Shown here piece by piece: positions 36,035-45,100 of a DNA stretch of 64,000 bases; position 1 is the first letter of the stretch; every line of letters begins with the position of its first letter. The DNA comes from Bacteroidaceae bacterium (GTDB lineage: Bacteria > Bacteroidota > Bacteroidia > Bacteroidales > Bacteroidaceae): the NCBI GenBank assembly GCA_045613565.1, contig JAZLBF010000035.1, forward strand, positions 1,373-65,372, read 5' to 3'. The notes under the pieces are model-generated. The model did no database searches, had not been told where the DNA came from, and saw only the letters and a program-made list of their open reading frames with translations. Made by a program: the position numbers and the translations under genes.

Positions 36035-36562
36035 ATGGATGACAAATTTAACTTATTTATAGATGATAGTTCGTATATTGATTTTCGTCAGTCAATCATA
36101 GACTCTCCCGTCTTAACATATGACAAAAGTAAACTTCCTTTTGAAAATATCTTTTATCCCCCCAAAAAATATCCTACGCAACTTAAGAATATCGTAAAAT
36201 CATTAATACCAGTACACTATTATTTAAATAGGCATTTGTTTTATCTCAACAAGAAAGGAATCTGTCGAGCACATGGATATTATATTCCTGAAACAAAAAG
36301 GTTTGTAATATGCATGGGAAGTCTTCTATGTACATCGGTGAATAGCGAATATGAAAAAAGTAATTCAGGAAGTTTACGTGCATATCATATACAACATGCA
36401 TGTGAAAAATATCCAAATTATTATGTAGTTAAAAAAAATATAATATGTCTTTCTCCAACATCTGCGGCTTCATATGTTTTAGGCAGAGTAGCTCGATATA
36501 CTGATTGGAAAGATGAAAACGGAGATACTTTAGACAAGTTTTACGCATATAAATTCGTATAG
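36035..36562 (+). CDS. DUF4357-like protein (system gene G)
   Basis: …RAHGYYIPETKRFVICMGSLL…LSPTSAASYVLGRVARYTDWKDENGDTLDKFY resembles the DUF4357 pattern (…V.kGS…SPSaAA..vlGr..NG…WK…G.tL), from memory. The ATG at 36035 is preferred over the TTG at 36011. Confidence 0.5.
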   Translation: MDDKFNLFIDDSSYIDFRQSIIDSPVLTYDKSKLPFENIFYPPKKYPTQLKNIVKSLIPVHYYLNRHLFYLNKKGICRAHGYYIPETKRFVICMGSLLCTSVNSEYEKSNSGSLRAYHIQHACEKYPNYYVVKKNIICLSPTSAASYVLGRVARYTDWKDENGDTLDKFYAYKFV

Positions 36563-36637
36563 AAAATAAACTCATATCTTGCAATTATAATATTCAATTG
36601 AGAAGTTATTAATGCACCTTTCCTACCACACTAAACA

Positions 36638-36673
36638 AAATCTCCGTGAGGGAATAGCCCTTCACGGAGATTT
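36638..36673. terminator. Bidirectional hairpin AAATCTCCGTGA-n12-TCACGGAGATTT between convergent genes
   Basis: 12-bp perfect stem flanked by A-run and T-run, read directly. Confidence 0.7.
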
Positions 36674-36705
36674 GTTTGTATAACTATTTGTTTGATTATG
36701 ATTCA

Positions 36706-37944
36706 CTAATTCAGGAGGTAATCAAATACATTCATCATTATAATGCCATTGGGAGTAGTATGCGTTGGTATGTCATCTGTTGTAATAATAATTTTTATAA
36801 ATGAGTCGTCCGTAAGGGTTAGTGAGCGTTGCTCCTGCTTCTGTTTATCTTCGTCAGGTAAAGAATAAGCTGATTGTATATATACTCTTTCACTACCTTT
36901 ATTACAAACGAAATCTATTTCGAGTGTAGCTCTAGTGGTCTTACCTTCATCATCTTTTTGATAGGATGTAACGCATCCCACATCCACTTTATAACCATTA
37001 CCTATCAGATGGTTATATATAATATTCTCCATAATATGGGTAGGCTCCACTTGACGGAAATTCAAAAGTGCATTACGCAACCCAAGGTCAGCAAAATAAT
37101 ATTTATATGGAGTGTCTATATACGTCTTTCCTTTAATGTCATAGCGGACCGCTTTAGCAATAAGGAATGAGTCTATGAAATAGTCTATATAAGTTTTTAC
37201 TGTATTATGGCTTATTTTCACCTTTTTCTCACTAACAAATGTGTTTGCTAGTTTGTTTGGATTAGTTAATGCTCCAATATTTGATGCCAAGAGGCTGAAT
37301 AATTCTTCTAATTCCGCATCATTTTTTACATTATTACGGTTGATTATATCACTTAAATAAGTCTCTTTTAGCAAATCCTGGAGTATTTCTGCTTTTCGCG
37401 CCTTGTCCTTCTCCATGACTACCATTGGTAGACCTCCGTAATAAATGTAATCTCGCCACAATGAAGAGGTTTCCTCATCTGACTTTTCTTTTATTTCCTT
37501 AAACGACAGCGGTTGAAGATGGATCTGAGCTCCGCGTCCTCTGAACTCAGTAACAATATCTGAAGAAAGGAATTTCGCATTACTTCCAGTTATATATACA
37601 TCTAGATTCTCTATACGCAGGAAACCATTAAGCACATCAACAAAACTCTCCAACATCTGGACTTCATCAATCATCACATAATACATCTGTGAATCTTGCT
37701 TTGTCTGATTTTCGACATATTCATATAGAGTTTCTGCACTACGATATTTACGGTGTACAAATGAGTCAAGTTGTAATTCAATGATATGACTAGCATCAAC
37801 ACCATTATCTAAAAGATGTTGCTTATAAAGGTTGAATAGAAGATACGATTTACCAACGCGACGTAACCCAGTAACAATCTTTATCAAATGATTATGCTTG
37901 CTACTTATCAACTTATCAATATAAAGTTGTCTTTCGAATTTCAT
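36706..37944 (-). CDS. AAA-family ATPase with DUF4143-type C-terminal domain
   Basis: N-terminal …KIVTGLRRVGKSYLL (P-loop-like), DEVQ Walker-B-like motif, and overall organisation typical of the widespread Bacteroidota 'ATP-binding protein/DUF4143' family. Confidence 0.75.
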   Translation of the reverse strand: MKFERQLYIDKLISSKHNHLIKIVTGLRRVGKSYLLFNLYKQHLLDNGVDASHIIELQLDSFVHRKYRSAETLYEYVENQTKQDSQMYYVMIDEVQMLESFVDVLNGFLRIENLDVYITGSNAKFLSSDIVTEFRGRGAQIHLQPLSFKEIKEKSDEETSSLWRDYIYYGGLPMVVMEKDKARKAEILQDLLKETYLSDIINRNNVKNDAELEELFSLLASNIGALTNPNKLANTFVSEKKVKISHNTVKTYIDYFIDSFLIAKAVRYDIKGKTYIDTPYKYYFADLGLRNALLNFRQVEPTHIMENIIYNHLIGNGYKVDVGCVTSYQKDDEGKTTRATLEIDFVCNKGSERVYIQSAYSLPDEDKQKQEQRSLTLTDDSFIKIIITTDDIPTHTTPNGIIMMNVFDYLLN

Positions 37945-37947
37945 ATA

Positions 37948-38138
37948 GAGACAATTTTTGTGTATTTACACACTTTTCGTCTACAAAGATAGTTATTTAA
38001 TCATGAAATAGCCTTAACACTGGAGACAATTTCTGTGTATTTACACACTTTTTGTCAATAGAGATAGTTATTTTATCATAAAATAGCCTTAACCCTGGAG
38101 ACAATTTCTGTGTATTTACACACTTTTTGTCAATAGAG
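37948..38138. repeat. 75-bp tandem repeat, about 2.5 copies; each copy carries a minus-strand TATCTTTG promoter box and the palindrome TGTGTAttTACACA
   Basis: Unit starts (GAGACAAT) are at 37948, 38023 and 38098. The array begins 4 nt upstream of the AAA ATPase start codon. Confidence 0.9.
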
Positions 38139-38165
38139 GGGTATCGAAATCGGGGCATATAAACC

Positions 38166-38198
38166 AATGGAGCGACACACTATTGTGGTCGCTCCATT
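38166..38198 (-). terminator. Hairpin AATGGAGCGAC-n11-GTCGCTCCATT downstream of ilvE
   Basis: 11-bp perfect stem read directly, about 40 nt after the ilvE stop. Confidence 0.6.
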
Positions 38199-38238
38199 AC
38201 CTGTATATAAAAATATCAAATATGTCTTCGGTTGGGTT

Positions 38239-39261
38239 TTATTCAATCACTACGCGAGTCCAGCCGTGGATATCGGGTTCGATACCATACTGAATACCAC
38301 GGAGCATATTGTACAACTTGGTAGAGATAGGTCCTGGCTTGCCATCCTTGGAGATAACGTAGCTGCGCTTCATCTCGAGGTCGTCAATACGTTGGATGGG
38401 AGAAATCACGGCTGCTGTGCCACAAGCTCCTGCCTCTTCAAAGGTGTCGAGTTCCTCAGCAGGGATGGGGCGACGCTCTACGGTCATACCCATGTCCTCG
38501 GCCAACTGCATCAAACTCTTGTTGGTGATAGAGGGCAGAGTGCTGGTTGACTTGGGTGTAACGTATGTATTGTTCTTAATACCAAAGAAGTTGGCAGCAC
38601 CGCACTCGTCAATGTACTTCTTCTCCTTGGCATCTAGATAGAACTCGCAAGAATAACCTAGGTCGTGTGCCATCTTGTTGGCACGAAGAGATGCTGCATA
38701 GTTGCCACCCACCTTGAACACACCTGTGCCTAGAGGAGCAGAGCGGTCAAACTCACGGATGATGACATAAGGGTTGGTAGAGAAACCTCCCTTGAAATAA
38801 GGTCCTACGGGAGTTACGAAGATAAGGAAGAGGTACTCCTCAGAAGGATGCACACCTACCTGAGCACTGGTACCAATCATCAAGGGACGGATGTAAAGGC
38901 TAGCACCGCTCTCGTAGGGAGGGATGAAGCGTTCGTTTAGGCGCACCACCTTGTCCACCATCTCGTTGAACTTCTCTGTGGGCAACTCGGGCATCAGGAT
39001 ACCACGACATGTGCCTTGAAGGCGAGCTGCATTCTCGTCGCTACGAAATACACGCACCTTGCCATCAGGACAACGATAGGCCTTCAAACCCTCGAAAGCC
39101 TCCTGGCCGTAGTGCAAACAAGTTGCTGCCATGTGCATGGGGATGGTTTCCTCGCTACATACTTCTACCTCACCCCACTTGCCATTGCGATAGTAGCAAC
39201 GTACATTGTAATCTGTCTTTCTGTAGCCAAAAGAAAGGCTACTCCAATCTATTTCGTTCAT
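38239..39261 (-). CDS. ilvE: Branched-chain-amino-acid aminotransferase (class IV PLP enzyme)
   Basis: Motifs …HYGQEAFEGLKAYR..DGKVRVFR..ENA.R… and overall length. The ATG at 39259-39261 (MNEIDW…) is preferred because the upstream TTG lies inside a TACTTTTG promoter box. Confidence 0.85.
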   Translation of the reverse strand: MNEIDWSSLSFGYRKTDYNVRCYYRNGKWGEVEVCSEETIPMHMAATCLHYGQEAFEGLKAYRCPDGKVRVFRSDENAARLQGTCRGILMPELPTEKFNEMVDKVVRLNERFIPPYESGASLYIRPLMIGTSAQVGVHPSEEYLFLIFVTPVGPYFKGGFSTNPYVIIREFDRSAPLGTGVFKVGGNYAASLRANKMAHDLGYSCEFYLDAKEKKYIDECGAANFFGIKNNTYVTPKSTSTLPSITNKSLMQLAEDMGMTVERRPIPAEELDTFEEAGACGTAAVISPIQRIDDLEMKRSYVISKDGKPGPISTKLYNMLRGIQYGIEPDIHGWTRVVIE

Positions 39262-39282
39262 AATATTTTTATTTTTCCTTTG

Positions 39283-39290
39283 CAAAAGTA
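39283..39290 (-). promoter_or_regulatory. -7 promoter box TACTTTTG for ilvE
   Basis: Matches TAnnTTTG, 22 nt upstream of the ATG. Confidence 0.45.
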
Positions 39291-39355
39291 CACAATTATT
39301 CGCAAAATCAAGACATTTGTCATGCTAATTTCGCTTTTCTACTGTAATTTTGCTA

Positions 39356-39550
39356 TCAAGCCTTGTCCTCAGAAAGGATTTTCTTTATCTCTTCGTCAAC
39401 GGAGAGAAGTTCTTGCTTGCAAAAGGTCACTAGTTCCTGTGCCTCGCGCAAACGCGGTGCTATCTGGTCAATGGGCAGTTGGTTCTGCTCCAATTGTCTG
39501 GCCAATTGCTCTAGTTTCTCTATAGCTTCTTCGTATTTCATTGTTTCCAT
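39356..39550 (-). CDS. xseB: Exodeoxyribonuclease VII small subunit
   Basis: 64 aa. YEEAIEKLEQLARQLEQNQLPIDQ is typical of XseB. Lies immediately downstream of xseA. Confidence 0.85.
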   Translation of the reverse strand: METMKYEEAIEKLEQLARQLEQNQLPIDQIAPRLREAQELVTFCKQELLSVDEEIKKILSEDKA

Positions 39551-39556
39551 AATGGA

Positions 39557-40816
39557 TTATTGTTTGTCTACATTGTTATTAACCTGCTTCACCTCAGAAA
39601 CGAGTTCTCCGCCTTGCATACGAGTAACGATTTGCTCCCCTGGCTTTATCTTGCTGACATCTGTGATTATCTCTCCGTCAGAGGAAAGGGTGATGCTATA
39701 ACCGCGCTTTAGGAGCAGGTCGGGGTCGGAGGCCTTCAGGCGATGCTCTAGCAATTCGAGGCGATGCACCTCACGATCCAGGGCCGTTTGTGCAAAACGG
39801 GGGATGAGCGCCGACAATTGTTCCATGCGTTGGAGCTCCTTCTGAAGCATGAAGGAAGCATTCACCGGCAGGCGATGGCATAGGAGTTGGAACTGATGTT
39901 GGGCTTGTTGCAAGAAAGAGCGAGCCGCCGCAGGGATGCGCTGTTGCAAATCCTGTAGCAAGGACAGATGCGCCAACTGATGCTCTAAGATGAAGGCAGC
40001 AGCAGCCGTGGGTGTCTTGACAGAGGTATGCGCCACCATATCGGGTACGGTCTTGTCCCTGTCATGACCTATGCCAGTAATTACAGGCAGAGGATGCTGA
40101 GCTATGCAAGCTGCCAGATAATAGGAATCATAGTCAATCAAATCGCTAGTGGCACCACCACCACGTATTATCACCACCGCATCCCAGAGGTCAGCCTCGT
40201 CAGCTATCTGCAACAGGGCAGCAGAAACGCTCTCGGGCACCTGTTGTCCCTGCATGATGGCAGGAAATAGTTTCACCTTGAATGCCAAGCCCCATTCATT
40301 CTCCAAAAGTTGACGAGAGAAGTCGCCATATCCTGCTGCCGTAGGACTAGACACCACGGCAATGCGCTTGAGCATCGTGGGCAGAGGCAAGGTCTTGTTG
40401 TCATCAATGATACCATCCTCCTCCAGGCGTTGCAATATCTCCTGGCGGCGCTTGGCCATATCTCCCAGGGTATAAGTGCCATCAATATCTAGCACATTGA
40501 GCGAGTAGCCATATAGTTCGCTAAAGGTTACCCTGACCTTCAAAAGCACCTTGATACCAGGGCGTAGCGTTTGCCCTGTCTCCTCGTGAAAGCGCATAGC
40601 CAGCATGTAATACACCCTGGCCCAAATGGTGATACGAGCACGTGCTACGATGGCTCCCGTCAGCTCACTCTTTTCCACCAATTCGCCATAGAAATGTCCA
40701 CCCTGACCTTCGCGGCCCTCCAATAGTTCTCCTTGCACCCAATAACTGTCCTCCGCACCTTCTTCTATGAAAGAACGCACGATAGAATTGAGTTCAAAAA
40801 GAGATAATACTTGCAT
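39557..40816 (-). CDS. xseA: Exodeoxyribonuclease VII large subunit
   Basis: N-terminal OB-fold region (LSLFELNSIVRSFIEE…YWVQGEL) and central …IAVVSSPTAAGYGDF…IIRGGGATSDL. Start taken at the ATG at 40814-40816. Confidence 0.85.
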   Translation of the reverse strand: MQVLSLFELNSIVRSFIEEGAEDSYWVQGELLEGREGQGGHFYGELVEKSELTGAIVARARITIWARVYYMLAMRFHEETGQTLRPGIKVLLKVRVTFSELYGYSLNVLDIDGTYTLGDMAKRRQEILQRLEEDGIIDDNKTLPLPTMLKRIAVVSSPTAAGYGDFSRQLLENEWGLAFKVKLFPAIMQGQQVPESVSAALLQIADEADLWDAVVIIRGGGATSDLIDYDSYYLAACIAQHPLPVITGIGHDRDKTVPDMVAHTSVKTPTAAAAFILEHQLAHLSLLQDLQQRIPAAARSFLQQAQHQFQLLCHRLPVNASFMLQKELQRMEQLSALIPRFAQTALDREVHRLELLEHRLKASDPDLLLKRGYSITLSSDGEIITDVSKIKPGEQIVTRMQGGELVSEVKQVNNNVDKQ

Positions 40817-40995
40817 ATTAGATATATAATGTCGTTTTAGCGCCCACAAATATACACTTTTATTCTCCAAGAACAAGATTTTTGCCCACCTAAGCCCTTA
40901 GAAAAATTGTTCTAAATGTATATTCCATATTCAAAATGTCACTTTTCCTATGTTATAATAGGGTATGTCCTATACTAGGTACAAAAAAGATAATG

Positions 40996-41003
40996 TATAT
41001 TTG
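40996..41003 (+). promoter_or_regulatory. -7 promoter box TATATTTG (GTATATTTGC) for the RND operon
   Basis: TAnnTTTG match about 20 nt upstream of the first ATG. Confidence 0.45.
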
Positions 41004-41023
41004 CACGTCGAAATTAACAACAA

Positions 41024-42061
41024 ATGCATCAGAATATGAGAAACAAACTACATTTACTCTATACCATGATTATGGTAATTGCTTGTGCGGCATGCTCGAG
41101 CAATGAGACAAACAAGCACGTGGAAGTAATAAAGGTCTGCACGGAAACCGCTCAGGAGAGCAATTATTCCAAGGGCGAGTCATACGTAGGCACAGTGGAG
41201 GCAGATGTGGCCGTGGCGGTCAGCTTCACTGGTATGGGTACCATCAAGCAAGTACATGTGAGCGAGGGTGCCAGGGTGCGCAAGGGACAACTGTTGGCAG
41301 AAATGGATAAGACACAAGCAGAAAATGCTTTGGCAACGGCAACAGCCACCCACAAGCAAGCCACAGATGCTTACAACAGAATGAAACAACTATACGAAAG
41401 CAAATCTCTTGCCGACATCAAGTGGGTGGAGGTTCAGAGCAAGGTGGAACAAGCCGAGGCTACACTGGCTGCTGCCAAGAAAATGCTTGAGGATTGCTAC
41501 ATCTACTCTCCCATTGATGGTATCGTGGGCAAGAAGATGCTACATGCAGGAGAAACTGCCCTACCCAGCCAACCTGTGGTTACTGTGCTTAGTATCAACA
41601 AACTGAAGGTCAAGGTTAGCATTCCTGAAAAAGAAATTGCAAAAGTTAACCCCGACACCGAATCTAGCATCACCATAGAGGCTTTGGGAGGCAGAAGCAT
41701 TGATGGTGGCAAGATAGAAAAGGGTTTCATGGCTGATGCCACCACTCACACCTATGACATACGCATCAACATAGACAACGCCATGGCAGACATACTACCT
41801 GGCATGGTTGCCAAGGTGACATTGCTTCATCAGGATAGCCTAAACGGTATATACATGCCCATTCGTGCCGTGCAACGCGGTGCTGATGGCAAGAACTTCG
41901 TGTGGTGTGCCGTAGATGGCAAGGCTCAGCGATGCAATGTAAGCGTTGGCAAGACCTATGGCGATAGAATAGAAATTGTTTCTGGTCTTGCTCAGGGAGA
42001 GAAAGTCATCACTAGCGGTTACCAAAAGGTAAGCGAGGGAATGAGCATCAATGCCGAATAA
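41024..42061 (+). CDS. RND efflux periplasmic adaptor (HlyD/MFP family) lipoprotein
   Basis: Lipobox ACAAC. Biotinyl-like hairpin and coiled-coil pattern (GTV…V..G..V.KGQLLAE.D…). Adjacent to the RND permease. Confidence 0.85.
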   Translation: MHQNMRNKLHLLYTMIMVIACAACSSNETNKHVEVIKVCTETAQESNYSKGESYVGTVEADVAVAVSFTGMGTIKQVHVSEGARVRKGQLLAEMDKTQAENALATATATHKQATDAYNRMKQLYESKSLADIKWVEVQSKVEQAEATLAAAKKMLEDCYIYSPIDGIVGKKMLHAGETALPSQPVVTVLSINKLKVKVSIPEKEIAKVNPDTESSITIEALGGRSIDGGKIEKGFMADATTHTYDIRINIDNAMADILPGMVAKVTLLHQDSLNGIYMPIRAVQRGADGKNFVWCAVDGKAQRCNVSVGKTYGDRIEIVSGLAQGEKVITSGYQKVSEGMSINAE

Positions 42062-42123
42062 AAGTGCATCTACATCAATTAGTTATAGTTTTACAAGACA
42101 ATAATTAGCACTACATAGATACT

Positions 42124-45100
42124 ATGGCTTTCAAGAAAGACAGTTGGATATCATGGCCAATCAACAACTATAAGATTACGGCCTTCATCACGGCTCTACT
42201 CGTAGCATTTGGCATATGGGCAATGTACGTCATGCCCAAGGACGAATTCCCTCCGTTTACTATACGTCAGGGTGTGGTCATTGCCGTGATGCCTGGTGCC
42301 ACTCCAGAGGAGATAGAAGAACAGGTGGCTCGCCCACTGGAGAGGTATATCTTTACCTACAAGGAGGTGGATAGAAGCAAAACATACTCCACTAGCCAGA
42401 ATGGCATGTGCATAGTGATGGTACAGTTTCAACAAGACCAAAACAATCTTACCCCCGTGTGGAGCAAGATGAAGCATGGCCTCAACACCTTCAAGTCATC
42501 ATTGCCCCCAGGAGTGGTGGCTCTCATGGCGCAAGACGATTTTGGCGACACTAGCGCCTTGCTCATCACCATAGAGAGCGAGTTGCGCTCGTACAGAGAG
42601 TTGCAGGGATATAGTGACGAATTGGCTGACCGCCTCAGACGTTTGCCTAGCGTGAGCAACGTAAGACAATTGGGAGAGCAGAAGGAACAACTCACCATCT
42701 CTGTTGACAGAGAGCGTTTGGCGGCTTACGGCATTGGTCAGCAAACCATTATACAAGCCTTAGCTAGCCAAGGACTTACTACCACTAGCGGCATCGTTGC
42801 CACTCCTCAGAAGAATCTAAACATATACGTTGCTCCATGCCAGGATAGCCAACAGGAGATTGGCGAGCGCATCATCTATTCTGCTCCCGACGGCAAGATG
42901 GTTAGGGTAAAAGATATTGCCACCATTACCAGAGAGTATGACCTAAGCAATGGTTATATCGAATCTAATGGCAAACCCTGCGTACTACTCTCATTGGAGA
43001 TGCTCAAGGGCAACAATATTGTAAAGTACGGCGAGGATGTGAACGTGATATTGGAGAAGTTCAAGGAGGAATATCTGCCCGAGGATGTGGAGATACGCCG
43101 TATCACTGACCAACCCGAGGTGGTGGGCACTAGCGTAAGTGATTTCTTGCGCGACCTATTTATCTCCATGGCCATCATCATTGCCGTGATGATGATACTA
43201 TTCCCCATAAAGAGTGCCATCGTGGCTGCTCTCACCATCCCTCTCTCTACTTTCGTGAGCACCGGAATCATGTATGCCGTGGGCATAGAACTGAACATCA
43301 TGACTCTGGCTTGCCTCATCGTGGTGCTGGGTATGATTGTGGACAATAGCATTGTGGTGATTGACGGTTATCTGGAGTATCTTGCCACTGGTATGCCTCG
43401 CAAGGATGCTGCCATCAAGAGCGTGAAACAATACTTCTGGCCTATGTTTCTTGCCACCCTCTGCATCTGCATCATCTTCTACCCCATGCTTGTTATCATC
43501 AAGGGTGAACCTGCCGATGTGCTCAAACTATTCCCTCCCACCATCACCATCAATCTGATGATGTCGCTAGTGGTGGCTGCATTGATAATCCCCCTTCTCA
43601 ATGTCCTTATCATTAAAAAGGTGAAGCAGAAGAGCAACAACAAGCGCGATATTACCGACCGTGTGCAGGGTGCTTACGACAAGGCACTGAGATGGAGTTT
43701 CAAACACCCCTGGCTCACCATCATCAGTAGTATTGTCATCGTTGTCGCCTCTGGCATACTCTTCCCCAAACTAAAGATGCGTCAGTTCCCCTTTGCTGAC
43801 CGCAATCAGTTTGCCGTAGAGATATACCTTCCTGAGGGTAGCGGTTTGGAGGAGACAAAGACCATTGCCAACGAACTGAGAAACATTCTAGAAAACGAAG
43901 AGAAGGTTACAGGCGTTACAAGCTTCATCGGTTGCTCATCTCCTCGTTTCCATGCTAGTTATGCTCCCGTGATGGCGGGTAAGAACTTTGCCCAACTTAT
44001 CGTAAACACCCAAAGCAATGATGCTTCGCTAGAGATATTGGACAAATTGGCTCCCATCTATAGCAACCATTGGCCTCATGCCTATGTGCGTTGGAAGCAG
44101 ATGGATTACTTGCCTGTGCCCACCTATGAGTATCGATTCTATGGCAATAATACCGATTCCATACACAAGGCGGCAGAGATACTCATGCAGGAGATGCGTA
44201 CTATCCCTGAACTGGAATGGGTACATACCGACTATGATATGCCTTCGCCCATGATAGAGGTGAAGCTAGATCCCGTAGCTACTAGTCAGTTGGGTATTTC
44301 CAGAAGCAATGCCGAACTACAAATCATGGCGCAGACAAGCAAGCTACAGGTGGGCTCCATCTGGGAGGCTGGTAGTATTGATGGAAAGAGCCGTACCTAT
44401 GAAATTCCTCTAGTAGTGAAAGACCCCAGCAACGACAATATGAGGGTGGATGATGTGGAAAATACATACCTCAGCACTCTCTATGGCGACATGGTTCCTC
44501 TAAGACAGGTGGCTGATGTGACACCCGTTTGGCACGATACAAAAATAGTGCACCGTAATGGCGAGCGTTGCATCTCTGTTACCGCTGAAGGCAAGCGTGG
44601 CACCTTTGCTCTGAACATACAAAACCATATCATCAGCTTCATCGAGGATATGAAACTACCTGCTGGAGTAAGGAGCGAAATAGGTGGAGAAACGGAGAAA
44701 AACAATGAGATAACACCCGATGTGATGGTTAGCCTACTGCTTGCCGTGGTACTTATCTTCTTCTTCCTGCTCTTCAACTTCCGCAAATTCTCCATTGCCA
44801 CCGTGTGCATCGTAGCCATCAGTTTGGCTATGCCTGGTGCAATACTAGGTTTGCTCATTGCCAACAAGATTTTGGGTCTCACCAGCATGTTTGGCTTCAT
44901 CACCCTGATGGGTATGATTATGCGCAATGAGATACTCATCTTTGAGCACGCCAATGAGAAGATGGCAGAGGGTATGTCCGCCAAGGAAGCTGCCTTCGAT
45001 GCCGGCAAGCGTCGTATGGTACCCATCTTCCTCACCACCGCTACTACGGCCGTGGGTGTTGTGCCCATGATATTGGCTGGTAGTAGTTTCTGGATGCCTG

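Larger units (their letters stand above)
27190..38150. other. AT-rich putative horizontally acquired island (seven-gene operon plus convergent AAA ATPase gene)
   Basis: Hand-counted G+C on sample 60-nt lines. Inside: 15/60 (29341), 17/60 (31501), 19/60 (33601), 19/60 (37201). Flanks: 26/60 (25201) and 30/60 (39601). No integrase or tRNA is visible. Confidence 0.55.

Noticed and set aside
27331-36562. Calling the operon a canonical Zorya (type I/II/III) system
   Set aside because: Only the MotA/MotB-like pair fits. ZorC/D (helicase/nuclease), ZorE (HNH) and ZorF/G signatures were not seen, and the gene order is reversed. It is therefore reported as Zorya-like at most.
27190-38150. Integrative mobile element (ICE, prophage or transposon)
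   Set aside because: No integrase, transposase, relaxase, phage structural gene, tRNA target or convincing flanking direct repeat is present. Only the compositional evidence for foreign origin is retained.
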